From a virus (Duplodnaviria; Caudoviricetes): a stretch of 46,784 nucleotides of DNA. Of the stretch, positions 1 through 7,907 are shown one piece after another (position 1 is the first letter of the stretch; each line of letters opens with the position of its first letter). The position numbers and the translations under genes were made by a program. The stretch lies in the IMG/VR virus record IMGVR_UViG_3300012942_000011, positions 1 through 46,784 of that record; one strand, given 5' to 3'. Under the pieces are notes generated by a model, which worked only from the letters and a program-made list of their open reading frames with translations, ran no database searches and was not told the DNA's origin.

Positions 1-123
1 ATAACACGCTTGTCCGTCTTGCTTTCTCTAAGACTAAGCTTCAGCTTGTCCGTGAGGAAGGGCACAAGTCAAAGATTGACCTTACGAAGCTTGACCGCAT
101 CATTATCGCTCCTGAGACACGCG
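1..123. repeat. Terminal direct repeat, left copy (circular assembly overlap)
   Basis: Identical to 46662-46784; an ORF reads through the join. Confidence 0.97.
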
Positions 124-965
124 AAGAGATTATTTCGGTTCTCAAGCAGCACAATCATTCAGCTAAGCTGTTTGACGAATGGGGTCTTGGAGAGATTATG
201 GAGTACGGCCGTGGAATGACAATGATGTTCTACGGTCCTCCGGGAACGGGTAAGACAGGAATGGCTCGCGCAATCGCAAACGCACTCTCGCAAGAGCTTC
301 TAGTTGTATCAGCTGCTGAGATTCAGTCTTCGGAGCCGGGAGGTGCTAACCGCAACATTCAGCAAGCATTCGAGAACGCACGCGCAAAGAATATGATTCT
401 ATTCCTTGACGAGTGTGATTCTCTTATCACTTCCCGTGCCGACCTTGGAATGATTCTTGCCTCTGAAGTTAACACGCTCCTTACTGAGATTGAGAAGTTC
501 GAAGGTGTCTGTATCCTTGCGACTAATCAGATTAACCGCATGGACGAGGCACTTGAACGGCGCATCTCTCTCATCGTTGAGTTCCCTCGTCCTAATGAGG
601 AGCAGCGATTCCATATCTGGAAGACAATGCTCCCGGCAAAGATGCCGCTCCACGAAGACGTTAAGATTGAGGACCTAGCTAAGCACGACTACTCAGGTGG
701 AGAGATTAAGAACATCATTCTCCAGTCTGCTCGCCTTGCAGTCTCTAGCGAATCAGACAAGGTTGGTATGGAGCACATCGAGAAAGCGATGGCTCGTATC
801 AGGAAGTCAAAGGGCCTCATGGGTACACAGTCTCGCTACGACCAGCGCGAAGACCTACAAATGACTGGTAAGTCTGGTTTCACTAAGAGCCGCGTTAAGA
901 TTTCTGACTTCTTACAGACAGAAGCTGAGAAGCGCAGACTCAAGGACGAAGGTACTAACACTTAA
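1..965 (+). CDS. AAA+ ATPase (classical AAA, SpoVK/Cdc48-like), 3' part
   Basis: Walker A GPPGTGKT, Walker B ILFLDECD, second region of homology ATNQINRMDEALERR. Confidence 0.92.
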   Translation, partial: NTLVRLAFSKTKLQLVREEGHKSKIDLTKLDRIIIAPETREEIISVLKQHNHSAKLFDEWGLGEIMEYGRGMTMMFYGPPGTGKTGMARAIANALSQELLVVSAAEIQSSEPGGANRNIQQAFENARAKNMILFLDECDSLITSRADLGMILASEVNTLLTEIEKFEGVCILATNQINRMDEALERRISLIVEFPRPNEEQRFHIWKTMLPAKMPLHEDVKIEDLAKHDYSGGEIKNIILQSARLAVSSESDKVGMEHIEKAMARIRKSKGLMGTQSRYDQREDLQMTGKSGFTKSRVKISDFLQTEAEKRRLKDEGTNT

Positions 966-969
966 CTAA

Positions 970-1206
970 TTGCTTATGTCAGAGATTCGAGTAACGCCAA
1001 AGACCAACCCAAAGTGTCCAAATCACGGAGTAGCACTTGAAGGTTGCGGGTTCCCACTTCCTCCGAAAGGAGAAGGAATGTGCCCAGTATCAGGTGCTCA
1101 CTTCGCTTTCAGTGTCGATGGAAGCGAGGAAGCAATGGAGCCAGTTAAGGACGCTGATGGAAACATCACAATGCAGCCTAAGTGGCGCGTAATCGGAGAA
1201 GAGTAG
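970..1206 (+). CDS. Hypothetical Cys-containing protein
   Basis: ORF tightly packed in + strand gene run; CPNH...C...CP. Confidence 0.65.
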   Translation: MLMSEIRVTPKTNPKCPNHGVALEGCGFPLPPKGEGMCPVSGAHFAFSVDGSEEAMEPVKDADGNITMQPKWRVIGEE

Positions 1207-1207
1207 T

Positions 1208-1426
1208 ATGTTTGACTCAATGAAAAAGAAGATGAATCTTGGGTCAGACAAGCAGTCAATTCATGCTGGACATGATATCTCCGACGATGCTGTTGAGACT
1301 GCGTGCCAGATTCTATCTGTCTACCTTGCTAGCCAACCTGCTGACGGATTAGAAGTTGAGATGCGTAACCTTTCTTGCCAGCATGGTAAGATTGGTAGCT
1401 TCAAGATTAGCGTTGAAAAGATATGA
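1208..1426 (+). CDS. Hypothetical protein
   Basis: TAG-T-ATG junction upstream, ATGA overlap downstream. Confidence 0.7.
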   Translation: MFDSMKKKMNLGSDKQSIHAGHDISDDAVETACQILSVYLASQPADGLEVEMRNLSCQHGKIGSFKISVEKI

Positions 1427-1608
1427 GTGCCTTAAAGCCTCTTGCTGAAGAAAAGACTGAGCATTTGATGTGGTTCGTGGAACACGGATTTCATCAGATG
1501 CAGAAACGCCGCGAGGAAGCAAAGAAAGAGTTAGAGGCTCGCGGAGTCAATACTTCGAAGCTAAAGCACAAGTGTCTTTGCAACGAGTGTAAGAAAAAGG
1601 AGGTATGA
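1423..1608 (+). CDS. Hypothetical protein
   Basis: ATGA overlaps at both ends; C-terminal CxCxxC. Confidence 0.7.
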   Translation: MSALKPLAEEKTEHLMWFVEHGFHQMQKRREEAKKELEARGVNTSKLKHKCLCNECKKKEV

Positions 1609-1835
1609 GCAAAGAACAACTCACACTCCTAGACTTGCCGCGCGATGCGGGAGTTAAAATAAAAGCAGTCTACGGTAAAAGGGATGAACCTGGTAAAGAA
1701 GGATTCATTACATTTCATCACATAGACGGAATGTATTCTTACTGCACGACTGAGGAAGGTGATGTAGTCCACCTGTCGGCGATGACACCGCTTATCAAAG
1801 AGAACGACTACTACATTATTGGTAAAGCTGAATAG
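1605..1835 (+). CDS. Hypothetical phage protein
   Basis: Coupled ORF; FHHIDGMYSYC motif. Confidence 0.75.
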   Translation: MSKEQLTLLDLPRDAGVKIKAVYGKRDEPGKEGFITFHHIDGMYSYCTTEEGDVVHLSAMTPLIKENDYYIIGKAE

Positions 1836-1838
1836 CTT

Positions 1839-2105
1839 ATGCAGACTATCACAACTATCATTCTTGTAGTCAACGCACTACTCCTGAATGTGCAACACGG
1901 TCACGTATCCAGTTCTGTAAAGAACGATACACTCACTGTAGCTTCAACGACTATTGCAGCATTCAATCAGTCTACTACTACCGCACAAGCATCGCTTGGA
2001 AAAGTAAAAGGTAAGTACCAGATTGTTATTGTTCCGGTAGAAGTCAAAGCAGTACAGCCGCCTACTTGTCACCGTACCAAGACGGACTACACTTGCTCTT
2101 TCTAG
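1839..2105 (+). CDS. Hypothetical exported/membrane-anchored protein
   Basis: Hydrophobic N-terminus, Thr-rich body. Confidence 0.65.
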   Translation: MQTITTIILVVNALLLNVQHGHVSSSVKNDTLTVASTTIAAFNQSTTTAQASLGKVKGKYQIVIVPVEVKAVQPPTCHRTKTDYTCSF

Positions 2106-2106
2106 T

Positions 2107-2658
2107 ATGGCGATGGGTCGTCCACAAAGAAAAGAAGATTTGCTAAAACAAATCATAGACTGGACGAAACGCCAGAGTCCTAAGACTGCGCATGAAGCAC
2201 AAGAGTTGAATGATTTCGCTAACAAAGCAATGAAAGAACTCAATGACTTGTATGCGGCTCAACAAGCGCAATACGATGCTCAAAGGTATCACATGATGCA
2301 AGCTGCAGCAAAACCTATCTATGCAGGTCAGTTACTACAACAAGTTCATCCTGGAAGTGTTAGTCCTATCGGACAACCTCTAGGAATGACTTGGACTTGC
2401 GAGATATGTGGAGCTACTAGAGACGATAAAGATATCAACGTTTCAAGCATTCGCATTAACTTCGGTAACGGAGGTTCAATGGATAGAAATATCCGTCACT
2501 GTAAGGAGCAGGTTGCTTGTATTGGAGCTGCTCAAGTCAAGCTAGAAGAGTGGAAGAAAAGTCAAGGAATGATTGTCATTTCTGGTAATGGCGGTGGTAG
2601 TCCTGGTACCGGAGGCGGAGGTACTAACGGGATTGTCGGTAGTCTTGGAACTGTATGA
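2107..2658 (+). CDS. Hypothetical protein with Zn-finger-like CxxC and Gly-rich tail
   Basis: WTCEICG...HC...C; coupled junctions. Confidence 0.7.
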   Translation: MAMGRPQRKEDLLKQIIDWTKRQSPKTAHEAQELNDFANKAMKELNDLYAAQQAQYDAQRYHMMQAAAKPIYAGQLLQQVHPGSVSPIGQPLGMTWTCEICGATRDDKDINVSSIRINFGNGGSMDRNIRHCKEQVACIGAAQVKLEEWKKSQGMIVISGNGGGSPGTGGGGTNGIVGSLGTV

Positions 2659-2996
2659 GCATGCTAGAACATTACATTCTTGATAGCAAAGGAAATCCAG
2701 TTCCTGTTGATTTGATGACGTGGGCTACTTGGTCTGAAGATAGGAAGAATACTGTCATCAAGCAAGAAGATATAGGTAACTACTTTGTCTCGACTATCTT
2801 TGTAGGCCTAGACCACAGCTTTGAATCTTACAAAGAAGGTGATGTTATGCACAAACCTCTTCTATTCGAGACTGTTATCATGAAGCGTGCAGGTTTTGAA
2901 TCTCTTGACTACATGGAGCGGTGCACAACTCGCCGCCAAGCTATTGCTCAACATAAGCGAGCAATAAATTACTTACGTAAAGAAGGACTGATATGA
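2655..2996 (+). CDS. Conserved-looking hypothetical phage protein
   Basis: VSTIFVGLDH...PLLFET motif; ATGA overlaps. Confidence 0.75.
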   Translation: MSMLEHYILDSKGNPVPVDLMTWATWSEDRKNTVIKQEDIGNYFVSTIFVGLDHSFESYKEGDVMHKPLLFETVIMKRAGFESLDYMERCTTRRQAIAQHKRAINYLRKEGLI

Positions 2997-3127
2997 CAGA
3001 GGAAAGAATAAGCAATCGTTGGGTTCGATGTGTTCCGACTAAAGACTTGAAGAAAGAATTCAAGCACGATAGTGTGGTAATGAAAGAACTGCGCCGTCGT
3101 GAGAAGCGAGCTAAGCGTAAGAAATAG
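2993..3127 (+). CDS. Small basic hypothetical protein (44 aa, not in ORF track)
   Basis: ATGA overlap with upstream gene; MTEERISNRWVRCVPTKDLKKEFKHDSVVMKELRRREKRAKRKK fills the gap. Confidence 0.6.
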   Translation: MTEERISNRWVRCVPTKDLKKEFKHDSVVMKELRRREKRAKRKK

Positions 3128-3129
3128 TT

Positions 3130-3348
3130 ATGGCACACGAACCGCACGATTCAATTGACGGAGTTCTATACGATGTAGAAGCAGGAGTAATGGATATTCC
3201 TGATGCTCGTAATGAAATCATTGAGCATATCAAGAAGCACTACACTGACATTGTTGGTCCTGTGGTGCGCGATTTGACTGCTGTACCTCCTGAGAAACCT
3301 AAGAGCCTTGTACGCGATATTATCACTAAATGGATTAACACACTATGA
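3130..3348 (+). CDS. Hypothetical protein
   Basis: Coupled ORF. Confidence 0.65.
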   Translation: MAHEPHDSIDGVLYDVEAGVMDIPDARNEIIEHIKKHYTDIVGPVVRDLTAVPPEKPKSLVRDIITKWINTL

Positions 3349-3689
3349 GGATAGCTTTTGATATAGACGACACGCTGCTCGTCCCTGGAGTAGCAACAGC
3401 ATCAGGGAGAGAAACTCCTAACTATCCAAACATAGCTCTTTTGAAGTGGTTCCAAGCACAAGGCCATGAGATTGTTCTTTGGAGTGGCTCAGGAGTTGAC
3501 TGGGCTAAGACATGGGGAGAGAAGTTTGGTCTTGAACCTTTCACAGTTCAGATAAAGCAAAAGGACCCAACTATTGCTATCGCATTTGATGACGTTGCTG
3601 ATGTAGACCTTGCTACTGTCAATGTTCGCGTCAAGCGTATTAAGAATGGTATCAGTCGTGCTGATTGGAATGTAACTAAACGCTCATGA
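3345..3689 (+). CDS. HAD-superfamily phosphatase-like protein
   Basis: Motif I FDIDDTL, motif II WSGSG, motif IV FDD. Confidence 0.75.
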   Translation: MRIAFDIDDTLLVPGVATASGRETPNYPNIALLKWFQAQGHEIVLWSGSGVDWAKTWGEKFGLEPFTVQIKQKDPTIAIAFDDVADVDLATVNVRVKRIKNGISRADWNVTKRS

Positions 3690-4045
3690 AAGCAGGAGTA
3701 GGAAAACATAATCAAAGAACCTTCAAAAAGATTAGAGACTTTCCGTCAATAATTGACGCACTAGAGTTTCGAAGAGAACAGTACGGAATGAGCCAAGCAG
3801 AAATGGCTGAAGAGTTGGATTGGTACGAGAGTCACTATAGTGAGTTTAGGAGAGGAAAAAGAGACCTACCTTGGCACGCGATGAGAAAAGCATATGAAAT
3901 GGGAGTTCCTGCTTCTGTGTTATTTCAAGTTCCAAACAAAGTAAAAGGTTCTTATATGTGGGTCCATAAGATACCTCAGAAAAGAAAACGCTCTTTCTTA
4001 AAGGTTGGGCGTAGAAAAAACACAGCCAAACCCAGCGATAGTTAG
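3686..4045 (+). CDS. Xre/HigA-like HTH regulator
   Basis: IIDALEFRREQYGMSQAEMA...SEFRRGKRDL...GVPASVL resembles the HigA antitoxin HTH. Confidence 0.7.
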   Translation: MKAGVGKHNQRTFKKIRDFPSIIDALEFRREQYGMSQAEMAEELDWYESHYSEFRRGKRDLPWHAMRKAYEMGVPASVLFQVPNKVKGSYMWVHKIPQKRKRSFLKVGRRKNTAKPSDS

Positions 4046-4166
4046 CTGGGTCTAGGTCCGGCGGTTATTTTACGATACCGCTAACTAAACGCTTGAGCTG
4101 CATTAAGCAACGTTGGTCGGTTGGGTTGCAACTCAGTGAGTATAAAGTATTTAAGATTAAATCTCA

Positions 4167-4349
4167 ATGAGGAAGAAGACGAAAACATTCAATCCAGAAA
4201 AGCAGATGACTATCCGCAAGAAAGACTTACCACCTCCGACCAAGGAAGTTAAGCAATGCGCGAAGTGTACGCGTATGTACCTGCCTCAACTCGGTTGTCT
4301 CTTTTGTGAGGTTTATGATGTCAATGCAAAGAAGCTAATATATAAGTAG
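4167..4349 (+). CDS. Small Zn-finger hypothetical protein
   Basis: CAKC...CLFC. Confidence 0.6.
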   Translation: MRKKTKTFNPEKQMTIRKKDLPPPTKEVKQCAKCTRMYLPQLGCLFCEVYDVNAKKLIYK

Positions 4350-4352
4350 CAA

Positions 4353-4423
4353 GCCTTAGTAGCTCAATAGTAGAGCATTCCGTTGAAGCCGGAAGGACAG
4401 AGGAGCATAACCTTTCTAAGGCA
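4353..4423 (+). tRNA. tRNA-Phe(GAA), atypical T-loop
   Basis: Acceptor GCCTTAG/CTAAGGC, D stem GCTC/GAGC, anticodon stem TTCCG/CGGAA with loop TTGAAGC, T arm AGAGG-AGCATAA-CCTTT. Confidence 0.8.
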
Positions 4424-4424
4424 C

Positions 4425-4571
4425 ATGAAGTTTAAGCGAAAAAATCGCATCAGCAATACTGCAAAGAAGTGCTCCATCTGTGGTGGTCAACGCCGCCAGT
4501 TTGGATGGGGTACTCAAAAAGCAAAAGCACTCGAAAAGATTGCTAAACGCGAACATTCCCAAGTCGTCTAA
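4425..4571 (+). CDS. Small basic peptide between tRNAs (48 aa)
   Basis: ATG 2 nt after tRNA-Phe; MKFKRKNRISNTAKKCSICGGQRRQFGWG...; end overlaps tRNA-Gln 5' end. Confidence 0.5.
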   Translation: MKFKRKNRISNTAKKCSICGGQRRQFGWGTQKAKALEKIAKREHSQVV

Positions 4572-4627
4572 CGGTAGGACAGAGGCCTTTGGAGCCTAGA
4601 ATGTAGGTTCGACTCCTACTTTGGGAA
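4557..4627 (+). tRNA. tRNA-Gln(TTG)
   Basis: Acceptor TCCCAAG/TTTGGGA, anticodon loop CTTTGGA, canonical T arm GTAGG-TTCGACT-CCTAC. Confidence 0.9.
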
Positions 4628-4642
4628 CAGATATATACACGA

Positions 4643-4666
4643 TAAAAGTTTTAAAACTTTTACAAT
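4643..4666 (+). promoter_or_regulatory. Perfect 20-bp palindrome overlapping a -10 element (operator/promoter)
   Basis: TAAAAGTTTTAAAACTTTTA (4643-4662) overlapping TACAAT (4661-4666). Confidence 0.55.
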
Positions 4667-4692
4667 ATAAACAGACACGATAGGAGGTCAGT

Positions 4693-4869
4693 ATGAGAAT
4701 GTGTCTCAGGTGCGGTTCGCCAAGTTCTGACCTGCTATGCTATTGCGGTTCTTTAACTGTTAGCGTGCAGGTCGTGGTAGCTTCACAGCAAATGAAGCTT
4801 CCAATATACCTTCCTCGCCAACAGCAGGATGGTCAACGCGACTTGTTCGAGGAGGAGAAGCAGCCATGA
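4693..4869 (+). CDS. Small Zn-ribbon-like protein (58 aa, not in ORF track)
   Basis: SD AGGAGGT upstream; MRMCLRCGSPSSDLLCYCGS... Confidence 0.6.
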   Translation: MRMCLRCGSPSSDLLCYCGSLTVSVQVVVASQQMKLPIYLPRQQQDGQRDLFEEEKQP

Positions 4870-4955
4870 TTATCGTTGCAGTCATTGTGCTCGGCGGAGC
4901 CTATACATGGTTGCTCATCAGGCAGCTACCTTCCCAGATTTACTTCCACAACTGA
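4866..4955 (+). CDS. 29-aa hydrophobic single-TM peptide
   Basis: SD GAGGAGGAG, ATGA overlap; MIIVAVIVLGGAYTWLLIRQLPSQIYFHN. Confidence 0.55.
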   Translation: MIIVAVIVLGGAYTWLLIRQLPSQIYFHN

Positions 4956-4975
4956 AAGGAGGTGGTCCATTATCT

Positions 4976-5015
4976 CACGGCGTCTAATATCTTGGGCGCC
5001 GTGTCTTTGTTGTTT
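4976..5015 (+). terminator. Intrinsic terminator
   Basis: CACGGCGTCTAA-TATC-TTGGGCGCCGTG followed by TCTTTGTTGTTT. Confidence 0.7.
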
Positions 5016-5168
5016 GATAGATAGCAAAGTGAGTTACGAGAAACAAAGTAATCAGATTCAAAAACTCAACAGTAGTATCCACACTTTCTATATGGAACAT
5101 ACAGACATATACTATAATACATGTAATTAAGTACGTATTAAGGCTCTTTTTAACGATTTTATCTCACT

Positions 5169-5633
5169 ATGGATACCTCCAACCTTACCGAATACCAGAA
5201 GACTTTGCTTAGCATTTACAAAGTTGACGGCATTAACGGCTTGCGACAATACTTCCGCAATCACGAAAAAATATCTGACATGGAAAAGATTGAGGAAAAG
5301 GTAACAGCCTTCCTTCAAGACTTAGGAGAAGAGGCAACAAACACCACAGTAAGCGATAAGGTCGCCGATGGGGAAAAAAATATACCCTCGGAAACAGAAG
5401 TGGTACGCGATTCTGTTCCAGTCACTCAAACAACAGAGAAAGAGAATGGGAATCGAGTAATGACAGTCACCTTTGCTGATGGCTCAACTAAGGATATTGA
5501 GGTACAGCCTGACGGTGTAGTAGTCAATCCAGTCATTCCTACAGGAGAGCCTATAGTGCCTACTGTTGAGGAATCTGAGATAAAATCGCAGGAGGAGACT
5601 GTGGAGGAAACGACTAACGAAAACAATGGCTAA
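5169..5633 (+). CDS. Acidic hypothetical protein, first gene of packaging operon
   Basis: ORF downstream of AT-rich TATAAT (5113-5118). Confidence 0.75.
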   Translation: MDTSNLTEYQKTLLSIYKVDGINGLRQYFRNHEKISDMEKIEEKVTAFLQDLGEEATNTTVSDKVADGEKNIPSETEVVRDSVPVTQTTEKENGNRVMTVTFADGSTKDIEVQPDGVVVNPVIPTGEPIVPTVEESEIKSQEETVEETTNENNG

Positions 5634-5985
5634 ACCTCTTGCAAAGATTACTACTAGACGACCTTACAAGAACGGACGCAATCCGGGACAAAAGGCATTA
5701 CTGGAACGCAACTTCCAGGAGGTACTAGCAGAGAAGATGTCAGTCAACTTCCCAGATGTAGTTGACGCAATGGTAGCAATGGCTAAAGGGTATGAGGAAG
5801 TAAAAGTTAGTCCTGACGGGACAATCAATCAGATAAAGAATAAGCCTGATGTGCAAGCAGGCAAATTGCTCTTTGACTTTACGCTTAGAAAGCCTGAACA
5901 GAAAGTAACTCACTCAGGGAGCATGGGAATTGTGCATCTAGTAGCGCAACTTAATGCTCAAGATAATGATGACGAATCAAGTTAA
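5626..5985 (+). CDS. Probable terminase small subunit
   Basis: Upstream of TerL; AMAKGY...PDVQAGKLLFDF...KPEQKVTHSG pattern typical of TerS. Confidence 0.55.
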   Translation: MAKPLAKITTRRPYKNGRNPGQKALLERNFQEVLAEKMSVNFPDVVDAMVAMAKGYEEVKVSPDGTINQIKNKPDVQAGKLLFDFTLRKPEQKVTHSGSMGIVHLVAQLNAQDNDDESS

Positions 5986-6517
5986 GCCTAAATACGAATG
6001 GCCTAACAAACTATCTTTCGATGACCGTGCGTGTGTTGTCCGTTACTATCTTCAAGGATACGGATTGTTTCATATTGCAGAGACGTATGGCGTGAGTACT
6101 ACGACTATTGAGTATCATCTTAAAAAGGCTCAGGTATTCATTCCTAATAAGAAGCCTACTCTTTTTGGTAACGTCAATCCAATCCAAAAGAAAGCACCTG
6201 TTGTTAAGCGTACACTAGCGGTTATTGCTCCAAGTGATAATCGCGATTACTATTTTGATGAGTTCGGTGAGAGGTATAGGCGTCCTTTAACGTATACGCA
6301 GATAATGCGTAGGCAAGCAAACATACAGCGTCTCAAGAAAGCTATTGCTGATAGACAGCCAAAGCAAGAGGAACAGAAATCAACAGGCTTCCTTGTTCGT
6401 GTATCATTGACTACAGGCAATACTATCGTGCGTACTCAAGATGGACGATATGAGATAACTCAGGCTGGTACTGAACCGCCTAAGTACTATACGTCATCGA
6501 ACACTTATTCATACTAA
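5954..6517 (+). CDS. HTH-domain protein
   Basis: YLQGYGLFHIAETYGVSTTTIEYHLKK helix-turn-helix. Confidence 0.6.
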   Translation: MLKIMMTNQVKPKYEWPNKLSFDDRACVVRYYLQGYGLFHIAETYGVSTTTIEYHLKKAQVFIPNKKPTLFGNVNPIQKKAPVVKRTLAVIAPSDNRDYYFDEFGERYRRPLTYTQIMRRQANIQRLKKAIADRQPKQEEQKSTGFLVRVSLTTGNTIVRTQDGRYEITQAGTEPPKYYTSSNTYSY

Positions 6518-6526
6518 ACTAAACAT

Positions 6527-6775
6527 ATGGCTAAGAACTGCAATCACAAGTGCGATAAGTGTGTGCGAGATGAAATCAAGAAGCTTGAAGCAAAGATTGC
6601 TGAACTAAAAAAGGACCTTCCTGTTGATGACCAGCTTGATAAGATACAGGAGTTCTTAAAGCAGCGTAATAAAGACATTGTCAATGTACCTTATATACAA
6701 ACGCAGCCACAGCCGTTCCAAAAGTATATTGTTACTTGCTCCTCTACTGGTTTTAGTTGGGCTAAGCCTCAGTAA
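6527..6775 (+). CDS. Hypothetical protein
   Basis: CNHKCDKC followed by coiled coil. Confidence 0.6.
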   Translation: MAKNCNHKCDKCVRDEIKKLEAKIAELKKDLPVDDQLDKIQEFLKQRNKDIVNVPYIQTQPQPFQKYIVTCSSTGFSWAKPQ

Positions 6776-6776
6776 T

Positions 6777-7637
6777 ATGTCTATCTTTGGTCCTGCATCT
6801 CCTGAGACACAGGTTGCGCCAATTCTAAAGGCGCAAGAGGACCATTTGAACAACAAGATACCTCCTGTCTTAGATGACCAGAAGCCTAAAGAGTCTCCAT
6901 TCAAGCTCTTTAAGTCGTATCTTGACACAGGCAACACAATGTTCCAGCAAGCATCACATGACGCACTCAATAAGCTGTCCATGTTTGCTAACAAAGCTGA
7001 GACATTTGCTAGTCAGTTCCCAGATAATCTCATTGGTAATGTAGTCACTTACGATAGAGCGCAAGCACAAACAATAGAACCTGCTCATATTCAGAAGCTT
7101 GCATTTAGTGAGAATGATGTTCCTACAGCTCATCTTGCTGATGGAAGCATTCAACCTATCAATGCTGTTCAATTGAATGTGCAGCCAGCACCGCTCCAGT
7201 CATTGACGTACAAGATACCAGCAGGTAAAGAGGCAGGTAAGATTTTATCTGACACAGTTACCATTGACGACCCATCTAAACTCAAAGTAGCTGGAACAGT
7301 CAAAGCTGTAGCAGACCAAATCAATCCGAACTATACCAACTATCTCTTGAAGCTTGCTAACAACGAGGGAACATTGAATCCTAAGGCACGCTTGTATAAC
7401 TTCAAGGATGGTACATCGAGCAATAACGCTGCTGATGCTGTTCATCACGGAGGCATTGACTCTGTTGATAGAGGCATATTCCAGATTAACGATAAAGCAT
7501 TCCCTAAGATTACAGACGAGATGGCTGATAATCCTGAGATTGCAACCCTCTGGGCCATCTCTCTAATCGATGCTGGAAAGCAAAATAAGTGGGTTGCTAA
7601 TCAGAAGACTAAAGATACTCATGTAAGTTATCAGTAG
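6777..7637 (+). CDS. Lytic transglycosylase (SLT/lysozyme-like) domain protein
   Basis: C-terminal E-G-TLNPKA...DRGIFQIND...NPEIATLWA; start moved to ATG 6777 after the upstream TAA. Confidence 0.7.
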   Translation: MSIFGPASPETQVAPILKAQEDHLNNKIPPVLDDQKPKESPFKLFKSYLDTGNTMFQQASHDALNKLSMFANKAETFASQFPDNLIGNVVTYDRAQAQTIEPAHIQKLAFSENDVPTAHLADGSIQPINAVQLNVQPAPLQSLTYKIPAGKEAGKILSDTVTIDDPSKLKVAGTVKAVADQINPNYTNYLLKLANNEGTLNPKARLYNFKDGTSSNNAADAVHHGGIDSVDRGIFQINDKAFPKITDEMADNPEIATLWAISLIDAGKQNKWVANQKTKDTHVSYQ

Positions 7638-7652
7638 CTAGTATGACCGACC

Positions 7653-7907
7653 ATGCTAAAGAAGCACTACTACCTAGTCAAGTGTCAGTACTGTCCCAAC
7701 TACGTTGAGCGGTATCATAGACATAAACCTGCTACTTGCTTTGATTGTAAGAGCGATAGGAGACGATTGCATGAGAATAGTCCTGAGGTAAAAGCCTTAC
7801 GTAAGGCAAATAATAGCAATCGTGGTAATAAAAAATATAATATTAAACCTCCTTCACAAGAAGAGATATCCAACTGGCCATGGCAACCTCACAAGACCAA
7901 GCAATAG
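7653..7907 (+). CDS. Zn-finger hypothetical protein
   Basis: CQYC...CFDC. Confidence 0.6.
   Translation: MLKKHYYLVKCQYCPNYVERYHRHKPATCFDCKSDRRRLHENSPEVKALRKANNSNRGNKKYNIKPPSQEEISNWPWQPHKTKQ

Noticed and set aside
1-123. Biological terminal repeat of the packaged DNA
   Set aside because: The repeat falls mid-gene and is more simply an assembly overlap; true ends cannot be inferred without reads
4383-4424. 5' extension of ORF 4383..4571 and ORF 4876..5130
   Set aside because: The first starts inside tRNA-Phe (ATG 4425 is better); the second crosses a terminator and conflicts with the SD-led 4866 peptide
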